DNA from: Eledone cirrhosa
Lineage: Eukaryota
DNA: 64,000 nucleotides
Assembly (NCBI GenBank): GCA_964016885.1
Contig: OZ024742.1
Location: forward strand, 280,674,001 to 280,738,000
Direction of reading: 5' to 3'
Shown piece by piece: positions 27,995 through 43,720 of this stretch; the stretch's first letter is position 1, and every line of letters begins with the position of its first letter. Below the pieces are notes generated by a model. The model saw nothing but the letters and a program-made list of their open reading frames with translations, made no database searches and had not been told where the DNA came from. The translations under genes were made by a program, and so were the position numbers.

Positions 27995-28372
27995 TTGCAT
28001 GCGTTTGTGTGTGTTTTTCCCCCTTCATCAATATTTTCCGTCATTGAGCTAAGATTGTGTTCAAACGTAATATTTAAAAGCGGTTATATCCGTCATCTTC
28101 TGACATATCATTCACAATATGTCTACTAAACCGGAAATGATAAGTAAAAAGCTTTTCATTTGACTGGAAAATTCGAAAACAAATTGACTGGCACATTTTA
28201 ATGTTTTATTGTTTCTGTCTTCCTCATTCATCTAAACATATTTCTATGTATATTTACTTTAATTTCTTCTGACACTCTCACTCTCATTTTGCTTTGTCTT
28301 TTATCCTATATCATTTCACCAACTCTCTCACTCGCCGACCTCCATTCTTTTTCTATCTCTTGTAGTTTTCTC

Positions 28373-28451
<79 letters not shown>

Positions 28452-28568
28452 CATTTTTATATATGCGTGTGTGTGTGCGTGTATGTGTGTGTGTGTCCCC
28501 GCGTCTTTGTGTCTGTGTACAACACACAAAAACACGCAGCTACCTAACTACATATATTCAATTATGTA

Positions 28569-28661
<93 letters not shown>

Positions 28662-28734
28662 TATATATGTAAATATATATATATATATATACACATATAT
28701 GTATATATGTGTGTGTGTATATGTATGTGTTTGC

Positions 28735-28766
<32 letters not shown>

Positions 28767-28782
28767 ATACGTATGTGTTAGC

Positions 28783-28847
<65 letters not shown>

Positions 28848-29036
28848 CTACCGACCCGCATCAATATATTTGTGAAAGTAACCATGCAAATACATTTCTC
28901 TGCAAAATTTCAGTTGAAATTTCTTAGTTACTACATTTCATATGTGTCTATTCTCATAGTTTTGGTCTACTTGCCTTATCGCAGTTATAAAGACAAATAT
29001 ATGTATACTCACAAACACATGTACATAAATAGAAGC

Positions 29037-29102
<66 letters not shown>

Positions 29103-29410
29103 ATAATAATAAATTTGAAAACTAAAGTCCAAAGAGGGCTCGATAAGGATAAATATATATCAAATATATAAGAACGTCTCTATGAACCACCTAACAGAAC
29201 ATTAGTCTACGACCTCTTTTATATCATAAACGTGGTTCTGTCTTTGCGCGTAATTGTTTTTCACCGCTCCTATTAATGACGTATTATATTCGTTTTTTCC
29301 CGTTCTTTGCCAGCGAACGTTTCCACGAGCCAAAGTATCGTCTTCCTGTCTTCCTCCGGTTGCAACGTTTTTTGAAATATCCACTTCCGCGTTTACCGAT
29401 TGACTTTGTT

Positions 29411-29461
29411 AGTTTCAGAAGATCCCGTTAAGGGTGAAAGCAGCGATTCTTTGCTTAAACT
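29411..29461 (+). ncRNA. Hammerhead-like motif with CAGAAGA (U4A) core, best-paired copy
   Basis: agttt CAGAAGA t ccc gttaa ggg t GAAA gca gcgattctt tgc TT aaact; all three helices pair. Confidence 0.65.
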
Positions 29462-29475
29462 TTAATCTGTTATTT

Positions 29476-30302
<827 letters not shown>

Positions 30303-30389
30303 TTAAGTAAGTGCCATAGTAAGAGTGAGAAATGAAATTTTGTTTCCATTTTTTTCAACTTATATACATATATATATATATATGTATTA

Positions 30390-30452
<63 letters not shown>

Positions 30453-30465
30453 GCACACACACACG

Positions 30466-30504
<39 letters not shown>

Positions 30505-30505
30505 T

Positions 30506-30541
<36 letters not shown>

Positions 30542-30545
30542 CATG

Positions 30546-30668
<123 letters not shown>

Positions 30669-30812
30669 TTAGGTTAATAGGAGTTAGGTATTGTATACCC
30701 GTGTCCCATTAAGGTATTGGCAGCATAATAATTAGCTCTATGCTTTGGAGCAGAGCGCCGTATATATGAAAAAGAACACAAGAGCGCCTACAACATCAAA
30801 ATATTTTTATTG

Positions 30813-30857
30813 GCTTACAATGTTTCTACCTTACGTAACCGTAGGATTCGTCAGAGC
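30813..30857 (-). ncRNA. Minimal hammerhead in the inverted pLTR
   Basis: Minus strand: gct CTGACGA atcctacg gtta cgtaaggta GAAAC att GTA agc. Confidence 0.75.
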
Positions 30858-30870
30858 TATAAAAGGGATT

Positions 30871-31428
30871 TTATACCGTGATAACGCCCTCCTCACTCTC
30901 TAGTATAAAAAGTGCAATATAGAAAGAACTAGGAAGCAATTACGTAGGTTCTTTAAAAACTTTAATCTAAGTATTACCATAGATGCAAATGATAAAACAG
31001 TAAACTTCCTAGACGCCACCCTTGACCTAGAAAGTAAAACATTTGCACCCTACCATAAACCTAACGATAGACTAACATATGTAAACGCCAGCTCTAACCA
31101 CCCCAAATCAGTCCTAAACGCTATTCCCAAGGGGGTCTCTAATAGAATTAGCAGACTGTCCTGTAATGAGAGTATCTTCAACTCCAATGCAGAGTATTAT
31201 GACAAGGCCCTAGCAGAATCTGGTTACGGGAGTAGATTATCATATATACATAAGGACTCTCAAACCATGAGTGTGAAACCTACCAACATAATCACACATA
31301 GTATGGCCACAAAGCCTAACCAACTTAGAGGCAAGAATAATAGTAAAAACCCAAATGGCGGTAACCTAGCTAAATGTAAACCACGTAAAGACAATACTAG
31401 AGGCCCCACCACAACTCTAAAACAGTAA
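30871..31428 (+). pseudogene. PLE reverse transcriptase C-terminal/thumb remnant
   Basis: LYRDNALL*...KTVNFLDATLDL...PYHKPNDRLTYVNASSNHPKSVLNAIP...NRISRLS; YRDD appears as YRDN and there is an in-frame stop. Confidence 0.85.
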
Positions 31429-31439
31429 ATGATCACGCC

Positions 31440-32357
31440 ATGAATATAAACCATCCGGGCTTAAGCAAAACAGACAACGCCACTAACGTTAATAACGGAA
31501 ACCTACAAAATAGTACGCCCAGTAGCGAGACTCACCCCACAGATAAGAAAACTAGAAGAAGGAAAAACATGTATTTTAACCCACCTTTTAACTCTGAAGT
31601 CCTCACTAACCTCCCCAGAGTATTCTTCTCATTATTGGAAAAAAACTTCCCACCAGGCAATAGATATCGCAACATAATTAACAAAAACGTAATTAAATTA
31701 TCCTATTCGACCACACCTAACCTCGCATCACACCTAGCACGCACGAACATTAGGAGAACTAAGGAAGGCTTCGAAGCAATTAAAATGGCAGTTAACCACC
31801 AGCAACCGACTACACTGGAAAATGGGCAACATAATAGCATCAATGAACCATCTAGTGATATAGAGGCACCTAGTGATAATGCTAGTAACCAAACTTCGGG
31901 AGGTAAGCTAACTAATCGAACCCGCAGTTGCAACTGTAGGCGGAGTAGTAACTGTCCCCTAAGGGGGGATTGCCTCATGAAAAACATAGTATATGCATGT
32001 GACGTAACCACACACAACTCTACCAAAACATATATAGGAGCAACGTCCAATACATTTAAAACTAGATTTAACGCGCATATATACACATTTAGACACGACA
32101 GACATAAGAATGCCACCTCACTGGCGGGATACATCTACTTCTTAAAAAATAATAGTACCCCATACAAACTTTTTTGGAGTAAGCTTACTAGATCCACGCC
32201 ATACCGACCGCAGAGTGGAAGTTGTGACCTGTGTTTACTGGAATGCCATGCCATAATACACTCTAAACTGAACCTGCTTAACGGGAAATCGGAAATTTTC
32301 TCCTCATGCCAACACAAAATCCTGAGTTCCTTCTTCTATTTTAAACCTAGCACATAG
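31440..32357 (+). CDS. PLE linker plus C-terminal GIY-YIG endonuclease (open part of a disrupted ORF)
   Basis: RRKNMYFNPPFN...SYS, CNCRRSSNCPLRGDCL, NIVYACDV...YIGATSNTFKTRFNAH, CDLCLLE. Confidence 0.85.
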   Translation: MNINHPGLSKTDNATNVNNGNLQNSTPSSETHPTDKKTRRRKNMYFNPPFNSEVLTNLPRVFFSLLEKNFPPGNRYRNIINKNVIKLSYSTTPNLASHLARTNIRRTKEGFEAIKMAVNHQQPTTLENGQHNSINEPSSDIEAPSDNASNQTSGGKLTNRTRSCNCRRSSNCPLRGDCLMKNIVYACDVTTHNSTKTYIGATSNTFKTRFNAHIYTFRHDRHKNATSLAGYIYFLKNNSTPYKLFWSKLTRSTPYRPQSGSCDLCLLECHAIIHSKLNLLNGKSEIFSSCQHKILSSFFYFKPST

Positions 32358-34580
32358 ACGTAACATATATCACGCAACCCCCATCTAGACTATAGCTTCC
32401 CCCCCTTCCCCCCCAACCTGTAACCCAGATAGATAGGTACCCTAAGGGTGGTACAGTCCCCTACAAGGTTGGTGTTTTTGCTTGTGTGTGTGTGTGTGTG
32501 TGTATTCTCCTTTTATCTCTCACACGCACACACACGCAGACATATGTGTGGGTGTGCGTGTGTGTGTGCATGCATGCACGCATGTGTGCGTGCATTGTAT
32601 GCATGTATATTGTATGTATATATATATATGTATATTGTATGCATGCGTATGATATTGTGTGTATGTGTATATGTGACATGTATTTGAATATATGTATGTA
32701 TGCGTATGAGTGTGTATGTGTAAGTGTATGATATGTGTATATCTGTGTATATGTATGTATACTTTTCTGTAGAAATTCTCTCTATATGTCGTGTGTGGCA
32801 CGAATTCCTCCTATAATACTCTTCTCTGAGAGGAGCACGATATGCAGAGTAACACATATGTATTGTCGAAGTTGAAACTGAGAACCACCACCCCTCCTGC
32901 TGACCCAAATGTTTACTGAGGACCAGAACACCATTCTCCGCAATATAAGAGCGAAATGCGCTTGCCGGACTATTGATGACCATAACATCACATTCAAAGG
33001 TAATGGCAAAACACAGTGAATGCTATGCACGACCAGAACACCACAGCATGCATATCCGAGCAACACAGATATAATATCAATAGGGGAATCAACTGAAATA
33101 CATATGGATATGTGTCTGTGTGTATCGGACACACGTACACATAAAGAAGCTGTAGACCTAAATATACCTGTCATGCCTGTCTGAATTCCTAAGGGAATTG
33201 TCGGTCAGTTACTGTCTTGACCGATTGTAGTACCACTGGGTGAATCATTTGAGTTTTTTGAGTTGAAATACATATAAATATGTGTCTGTGTGTGTCGGAC
33301 ACACGTACACATAAAGAAGCTGCCGACCTAAATGTGCCTGTCATGCCTGCCTGAATTTTCGGTCAGTTGCTGACTTGACCGATTAACCCCACAATTACTA
33401 CGTAGCGGTTCTTGCACGTGACTGCTGGACCCGGATGAAACGAAGACGAAGAATTTCCTTGCGTACCGTTTTGTACCACAGATGCGATCTCACCCAGCTT
33501 CGTTAATGTCCTATCGACACCAAAGTTCAACGCTCGGGCGAATAGATTTGAATCCAACCACCAACAACATAGCTGGATGACCGATAATCACACCAAACCG
33601 GAGTACTGTGATCCTTGTGATTTCCAGATATACAACCACTGACACTGCTACGAAGACCAGAAAACCATACTCCATATATTGAACCAATTGATTGGTTTGT
33701 GCGACCAAAATAACACCAAACACATATTGAACTAGGAATATTGGATCCTCCGTCAATGTCCGGGTGAGCAAAAATAGATTTCTATCTGCATTGGAATTTA
33801 CAAACTTGTGCATCTGCTGTGGTGTCAAAAACAAACGCGCATGACCGCACAAATAAACAATGGACCATGCCACGTGGCTTGAACCCGTAAGTGAATTGAA
33901 GGTTCTGCAACTCTGATACACAGATTATTTATTATTAAGATGTATAACCTTGACATAACTATTATATTATATTCTCTCAACTAATCACACTTGATCATAT
34001 TTCTCTGTCCCGTTTTCTCCCCCCATAATTATAATATTTTTATTATTATTTGAAAAAAATCGGTTTTTTTACATTGTGTTTTCCCCTCCAAATATTCGCT
34101 TATATTTCTTTATATATTCTCTATATATTTTTTTTATCTTTCTTATTTCCACTTTTATCTTATCCTCCTTTATATTTTACCTTATTCTTACTTTTATACA
34201 TTATTATAGTGTAATCTTCCCCCATGCCTTATTATACACTATTAATTATAGATTATTATTATTACTCTTTTTCCATTTCTAATTACCTCATGTACTTTCT
34301 CCTCCGCTATATATATATATATATTGTACGCTCTTTGTGTTTGTGTAGCCTCTGCGCACCCTCTGCACCATACTATCGACGCCGCCCCATCTATGGTTCA
34401 GCTAACCACCCGACTCCCGGGAATGAATATGACCGCAGCTAGTAAACAAGGACCCACACCCGACCCTCCCGCACCAAATTTAGACTTATCGTCCCCTACT
34501 TTTGCTCTTTACTCTCTTTACTCTTTGTTCTTGAATGTTTGGTTGGTAGAGTCCATAAAACCAATCAAACCCCTTTTATA

Positions 34581-34625
34581 GCTCTGACGAATCCTACGGT
34601 TACGTAAGGAAGAAACATTGTAAGC
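34581..34625 (+). ncRNA. Minimal hammerhead in the 3' pLTR
   Basis: gct CTGACGA a tcctacg gtta cgtaagga a GAAAC att GTA agc, followed by aataaa. Confidence 0.8.
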
Positions 34626-34670
34626 CAATAAACATCTTTTGATGTTGTAGACGCTCTTGTGTTCTTTTTC

Positions 34671-36066
<1,396 letters not shown>

Positions 36067-36155
36067 GATACATAGAGACAGATAGACACAAACAGATTAG
36101 TTGGAGTGAAATTGTAGTAAGTTAGTTAATTTCCATAATTCTCTTATTTTACGTC

Positions 36156-36190
<35 letters not shown>

Positions 36191-36196
<6 letters not shown>

Positions 36197-36300
36197 CTGT
36201 AGAAATAAAGACAGTAACTCGTGTATTTAAAATAACAATAACTTATACGTTATTGTTATTTTAAATACACGTGTTACTGTCTTTATTTCTACAGATATTA
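36191..36300. repeat. 110 bp hairpin nested in (TA)n
   Basis: taatatctgtagaaataaagacagtaac...aataac / gttatt...gttactgtctttatttctacagatatta. Confidence 0.85.
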
Positions 36301-36303
36301 TAT

Positions 36304-36345
<42 letters not shown>

Positions 36346-36393
36346 GACGTAAAATAAGAGAATTATGAAAATTAACTTACTTACTACAATTTC

Positions 36394-36474
36394 ACTCCAA
36401 CTAATTAGTTTCTGTAAGGGAATAAATATGGTCACGTAAGGTAATCATAGAGAATCCTTACGTCATCAGGGAGT
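36394..36474 (-). ncRNA. Type I hammerhead ribozyme, unit 1
   Basis: Minus strand: actcc CTGATGA c gtaagg...ccttac a GAAAC taatta GTT ggagt. Confidence 0.85.
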
Positions 36475-36921
36475 CTATCCTCAGCTAAGTTCCTAGGCAA
36501 TGCGTGGATACAGGGAACTCATATAAAAATAATTCAGTGGATGGAAAAAAGCGAGCCAGGACAAAATTCCAGGACATTGAAAAAATTCACTGCCTACTTG
36601 GTCAGTGTCAAATTCAAAAGAATCAATCACGTGACACTGAGGTTAATCAGTGAGGAGAGGGATAGTAATAAGACAGGGGCCTGACCACTACCATGATTCA
36701 TAGTAGTAATTTCGGCAAATTTTTAATCAACAAATAATTTGGAGATAATTATAAAGAATTAGTATATCTACCAACATATGTATACAGATGCATACCTATG
36801 CTAGCAAATATATAGGTTTTGTCGTAGTAACTTTGTATTTCAATGCAAGCGGATGCAGAACAATTATATGAAAGACGTAAAATAAGAGAATTATGAAAAT
36901 TAACTTACTTACTAAAATTTC

Positions 36922-37003
36922 ACTCCAACTAATTAGTTTCTGTAAGGGTATAATATATGTTTACGTAACGTAATCATAGAGAACCCTTACGTCATCAGGA
37001 AGT
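36922..37003 (-). ncRNA. Type I hammerhead ribozyme, unit 2
   Basis: Minus strand: acttc CTGATGA c gtaaggg...cccttac a GAAAC taatta GTT ggagt. Confidence 0.85.
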
Positions 37004-37450
37004 CTATTCTCAGCTAAGTTCCTAGGCAATGCGTGGACACAGGGAACTCATATAAAAATAATTCAGTGGATGGAAAAAAGTGAGCCGGGACTAAATTCCA
37101 GGACATTGAAACAATTCACTGCCTACTTGGTCAATGGCAAATTCAAAAGAATCAATCACGTGACACTGAGGTTAATCAGTGAGTAGTGGGATGATAATAA
37201 GATAGGGGCCTGACCACTACCATGAACCATAGTAGTAATTTCGGCAAATTTTTACTCAACAAATAATTTGGAGATAATTATAAAGAATTAGTATATCTAC
37301 CAACATATGTATACAGATGCATACCTTTATAATTGTGAATTTGTTCAATGTCCTAGAATTTAGTCACCGCTCGCTTTATTCCATCCACTGAATTATTTTT
37401 ATATGAGTTCCCTGTGTCCACGCATTGCCTAGGAACTTAGCTGAGAATAG

Positions 37451-37531
37451 ACTCCCTGATGACGTAAGTATTCTCTATGATTACGTTACGTAACCATATT
37501 TATTCCCTTACAGAAACTAATTAGTTGGAGT
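37451..37531 (+). ncRNA. Type I hammerhead ribozyme, inverted copy
   Basis: actcc CTGATGA c gtaag...cttac a GAAAC taatta GTT ggagt. Confidence 0.85.
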
Positions 37532-37730
37532 GAAATTTTAGTAAGTAAGTTAATTTTCATAATTCTCTTATTTTACGTATTTCATATAATTGTTCTGCAT
37601 CCCCTTGCATTGAACTACAAAGTTACTATGACAAAACCTATATATTTGCTAGCATAGGTATGCATCTGTATACATATGTATATAACGATATGTGCTTTTA
37701 GGATTCTCTAGAGAGGCCGGAGGATGGGTA

Positions 37731-37775
37731 AATATTGCTGATGAGATGTAATAACATCGAAACTAGTCCAATATT
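37731..37775 (+). ncRNA. Canonical minimal hammerhead ribozyme
   Basis: aatattg CTGATGA gatgt aata acatc GAAAC ta GTC caatatt; perfect 7 bp stem I, 5 bp stem II and GUC site. Confidence 0.92.
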
Positions 37776-37989
37776 CCTGTCTGGCTCTCTGGAGAATAGA
37801 GGAAAGGTGTTTCCTCGAAAACCAGTATGACTCTAAAAACCGGTTTGTCTGTGTGTTTACATACGGACTAGCTGAACACTCACAGTAAAGTGTCCAGTGA
37901 AAAGCTCGGTACATGTACATATGTATACGTGTGTGTATTTATATGCATACTAGTATTTCAGTATACATATGTGGATGTACACTTTTAAC

Positions 37990-38098
<109 letters not shown>

Positions 38099-38559
38099 CA
38101 TGCATATATATATATAGAGAGATAGAGAGAAAGAGAAGGGTTGTAGAAAGTTGTGGATACATAAATACACATATCCACATGTATGTGTGTCTCTGAGATC
38201 GTGTGTGTGTGTGTGAGAGAGTGTGTGTGAGCTCGGGTAATTTCTCATTTATTTTTCTTCTCTTAAATTTCTTTTTTTGTCTTCATACTTGTTACTACTT
38301 CCCCTACAAATCTTATGAAATCTTGTTTCTGCCGTCTTATATATTGTCTTCCTTCCTGCCGGGTATCTCACCCAACTTCCTTCGCTATTAGTTCATTGAA
38401 TACACACGATTCATGTTTCTCACTATCTTTCATTTTCTCTCTTCTGATGTATTGTTTTCCATCTTTACTTTATAATATATACTCCATCGTCTCTGCTAAA
38501 AAACTCCCGCCCCACCATCGTATCTCGTTGTTAATACAGACTTATACATACACGTACAC

Positions 38560-38594
<35 letters not shown>

Positions 38595-38659
38595 ACATAT
38601 AGAAATGTCTTCTAAAGAGCTAGATCTGTTCCATTCGAAGGAAATCATGAGGAAAGCCC

Positions 38660-38720
<61 letters not shown>

Positions 38721-38754
38721 CATATATATATATATACATACATACATACATACA

Positions 38755-38842
<88 letters not shown>

Positions 38843-39680
38843 TATATACGTATGTATATCTGTGTGTGTGTGTGTGAGTATGGCTTCCTCTCTTTTTCTT
38901 TAATAGTATTCTTTTATCATCGTACTTTTCCGTTGGCTGTCTCATCACGTCCCTGTTCAATTTCTCCATCTCTGAAATTTTCAATTATTGTATTTTAACT
39001 TTCATTCCATTCATAACCACCCACGCATACGCACACACGCTTTCCCCCCTCTCACTCTCACTCGCTTTCTCTCTTTCTTAACCTTTCCCTTTTTTCACTC
39101 TCTATGCCATTCTCTATTGATCACTATTCAACTCTGAACTTCTAGCTATATATTTCTCACTATCGCCGGCTTATATCCCAGACTTTTCATCTGCCGTTTT
39201 CCTGCTCCTATTTTTACTCCTCTTGACTATGTTACTTACTGAATCTATATCATTCTATTTCTACCACTATCTAGCTCCGTCTATTTCTCTAATGTTCTTC
39301 CTTTCACTACACACATATATAGAGAAAATAACTTCCCTATGTTGCTGATAGTACGTCTCGTTTAATGTCAATTGTCCCCACTATACGTTTGAATACATAT
39401 ATTCTTTTCTGTCTATTAGTATCAATAATATCGTGCTTCAGTCACCCTAATCGATGCACAAAAAAACGTTCATCGATCGCATTGTATCGGTTATTATTCT
39501 TGTTAACGAAGAATTATCAACAACGACAACACATCGATCTGGCTAACCCACATTTCCTTAAGTATTGTGTTTCATATAAATATAAGACACACACACACAC
39601 ACACACATATATTTATACACTGTCTCTCTCTCTCACATAGACACTCACTTAAATACACATACACTCCTGAAGCACACACA

Positions 39681-39770
<90 letters not shown>

Positions 39771-40219
39771 AATGTAGGCATGTATGTATGTATATATGTA
39801 TATATAAGTGTCGAATAAGCACGTGGGACGCATAAAAAACGCAAAGAATCGGGAAGGGCGGACGCAAAGACAGTTCCCTCTTATCTGCCGTCTTCTTGGT
39901 TTTATCATAAATTCGTGTGTCTTCGAAGCATTTGAATCTATTATGAAATATTGCAACCAACACAACCTAATTTTGATATCCAAATTATACATATGTTGAC
40001 GGATGGAAAAATAAATTACCCTTTACGAAACCGCAAAAACTACTGGTCACGGAAATACTTAATATTTTTTAAGATGCAAAGTTGATATATATATATTAAT
40101 ATGAATCTCTAAATCTGAGTTTGTCCATTTCGCCACCCAGTACAGTCGAGACGTCAAAGTTTTGAAAGTACACCCTTAAATTACTAGTATAGATTGCTTC
40201 GCAGCTTCAATAAATACTT

Positions 40220-40672
<453 letters not shown>

Positions 40673-41022
40673 TATATATATATATATACACATATTAGGT
40701 TATGCAAGAAATGCTTAGGATTATCCTGAATGCAGTAATGGTTAATTACTACACTAGATGGAGTCGATATACGGTGAGGGATTACTCAACGAGTTATGGA
40801 AGAATAGTTGGAAAAACTCAGTTTCTGATCCTTCTGTATTCCGGAGTGTAGATAAAGAATTAATAATAAATTAACTCTTTATGATGTATAACTGTTATTA
40901 TTCATTCTTTATATATATATATATATATATAAATGTGGTAAGGAACCAGATGGACCATGACGCACCAAAGTACTCAATACTTAGGGTCGTAGAGTGGGTA
41001 ATAGGTATAGTTCCTATATATA

Positions 41023-41089
<67 letters not shown>

Positions 41090-41092
<3 letters not shown>

Positions 41093-41563
41093 TTGCGAGT
41101 TTTTTTTTTATATGAAATCGTGAGTCGAAACAAATTATTGTTATACTTGGGAGGGTCATATTGTTGTAATAATATTGCCAGAATTAATAACAGAACACAC
41201 TCACTGTTTGATTGGTTTTCGCTTCTGCATCTTTTATATCACTTAATTTATTCGGTCCTCAATGTTTACCATTGATTGAGCAACGGTAAAAAATACAGAT
41301 ATAATATAGACACAAACACATATATATAGTCTAACAAAATTCTTTCGTTACTCATCTGCAACATCCTCAGTGGTGCTATTATGTTTCCTCCTGTTGTATA
41401 TTAGACTATATATATGTTTGTGTCTATATTATATTTGTATTTTTGACCGAAAAAATTAACTGATATAAAAGATACAGAAGCGACAAACCAACCAAACAGT
41501 GAGTGTGTTCTGTTATTAAATCTGGCAATATTATTATAACAATATGATCCTCCCCAAGTATAT

Positions 41564-41570
<7 letters not shown>
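41090..41570. mobile_element. Foldback element with partial HHR motifs
   Basis: Inverted arms ~41140-41335 and ~41400-41568. Loop (-): CTGAGGA t gttgc agatga gtaac GAAA. Left end: gtc GAAAC aaattatt GTT atac. Confidence 0.75.
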
Positions 41571-41598
<28 letters not shown>

Positions 41599-42007
41599 AA
41601 CACAAATAGTATTTACCTATATAAATGTAGATTGGTATCTTCAAATATTACTAGGTTAAATGGTTAATGTAAATGAATATGAAAATAACAATCAAGTTTA
41701 ATACATCTGAGAGTATATTGTTTTTGATTTTAGTAATAAGACGATTATTACTTTTATTAATATTATTATTCATATTATTTGCTTTTGTTTGTACCCATTA
41801 TACGGCTCGCTTGACACTATATTAATTATAATTAGATGTAATTATATTTTAAACGATCTATCAACTTTCTTTTCTCAAACTGTGTTTACCTCTATGTAAT
41901 TATATATGCACACAAAAACATACACACAAACATACACACATACATACATATATTTATATATAAATATAGATATATATATGTGGATATATACATGTGAATA
42001 TATATAT

Positions 42008-42154
<147 letters not shown>

Positions 42155-42758
42155 CATATATATATTTGTGTGTATATATATATGTTATGTGTATATATAT
42201 GTATATATATGTATATATATATATCCAGGGAGTGTAATGCGGAGTTACTGTAGGTTCACCCGGGTGAGCACTCAATGTTTTGGTTCACATCTGTATCGAG
42301 GTGTAGGGCTAGGCAGAGTGTAGTATAATCAAATAACACATATATATATATGTATATATATATATATCCAAAGTGACTGACAGAATACGCACGTGTGTTT
42401 TTTTGTTCTCAATTTTTTCTATTCGTCCTCTTCTAACTCTTTATCTTGGCTTTTGATTACTAATTCTATCTCCCGATCAAGTACTAGTGTTCGACATGTT
42501 AAGAATCTATTGCGGCTATTTCAAGTGTTGGACTAATATATTTTTTCTATTAACTGTCGTTTGCTTTGATATTCCAATAATATTTTACACACAAACATAC
42601 ACACGCGCGCGCGCGCACACGCACGCACACACACACACACACACCCATACACACACACTCACACACACACACACACACGCACACATATATATATATAACG
42701 AAGGAGGTGTGGTAAGGAACCAGATGGCTTGGCCTCTGCCGTCGGGGTCAAACATTTT

Positions 42759-42800
<42 letters not shown>

Positions 42801-43149
42801 TAATTATGTAGGAAAAAGAACGTTTATTATATCAATTTATGGGCTTTACCGATTTCACAAGTTTCAGGATATTCAAAAGATATCAGAGATGGATGCTGGG
42901 AATTTCTTTCAGTTTTATGCAAAACCTTTAGAATGCTATATGTTTGAAGAACAATTTGGTAGGTTGATGAAGTTTATGCATCAACTATTTTGGTAATTTC
43001 TTGCCAAAAATCGTGAATGTCATGTTATTCTCAGGTTTTTGTAGGAAAGGGACTCAAGTATAAAGTATCATGGGGGGGGGAGGCTGATGACCGTTTGCTG
43101 GTACTTTCAATAATTACGATAAACAAATACAACTTCAGATACTTCGAAT

Positions 43150-43720
43150 ATTCTACTATATATCTCAACACACAATCCAGGGAATACAGAGGCATATATA
43201 CACAGTACGTCCAATTATTGAGACAAAATCCCAGAATAAAAATTGCACTTGCAACACATAAAATGAATCAAAAGCAAAAGACAAACAAAAACACTTAAAA
43301 AAACTTTTCAGCAGCGCCAAATTACCACACTAACAGTGGGAAAATGTGGTCTCTCTAATTGTAGAACTTGCATTAACTTCATTGAAGAGACACTGTATGA
43401 ATTTAAATCAGAACAAACATATTTTGCAAAAATTTATTTCACCTATTCAATAGAAAGTTTACAATTTAATATGTGCGATTAAAGAAAAATATATGGGGCA
43501 AACCAAACTCTCCCTCAAAAATTGCGCGACCATATACCAACTTAGTCATGGATACCATGTATTACAAATTTACAAAAAAAAAAAAAAATGAACGAAACAA
43601 TTTTATGCGAAATAAATTTGGCGACTACGTAAAAGAAATCTCGAAGATTTACTTCGATGATAATTCATATTGTGAGGGAAGAATATTGACCAACTAAAGA
43701 CATTTAAATCTCTCACCAAT
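43150..43720 (+). pseudogene. Ancient PLE GIY-YIG endonuclease remnant
   Basis: KCGLSNCRTCINFIEE...(frameshift) VYNLICAIKEKYMGQTKLSL; not represented in the ORF track. Confidence 0.6.

Larger units (their letters stand above)
30768..34670 (+). mobile_element. 5'-truncated Penelope-like element with inverted 5' pLTR copy
   Basis: 30768-30867 is the reverse complement of 34571-34670. Contains an RT remnant, a GIY-YIG ORF and a ~2.3 kb 3' region, with an HHR in both terminal repeats. Confidence 0.9.
36096..37680. mobile_element. Retrozyme-like array: ~528 bp tandem units (-) plus inverted copies, one HHR per unit
   Basis: The unit start tgaaagacgtaaaataagag occurs at 36341 and 36869. Inverted copy at ~37335-37680; inverted fragment at 36096-36160. 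Confidence 0.85.

Noticed and set aside
36341-37327. CRISPR-like or satellite interpretation of the repeats
   Set aside because: Eukaryotic context, no short repeat-spacer periodicity, and the units are ~528 bp with an HHR.
42849-42892. Minus-strand ctgata...gaaacttgtg hammerhead-like string
   Set aside because: The core is incomplete, stem II does not pair, and the GUG triplet is non-cleavable.
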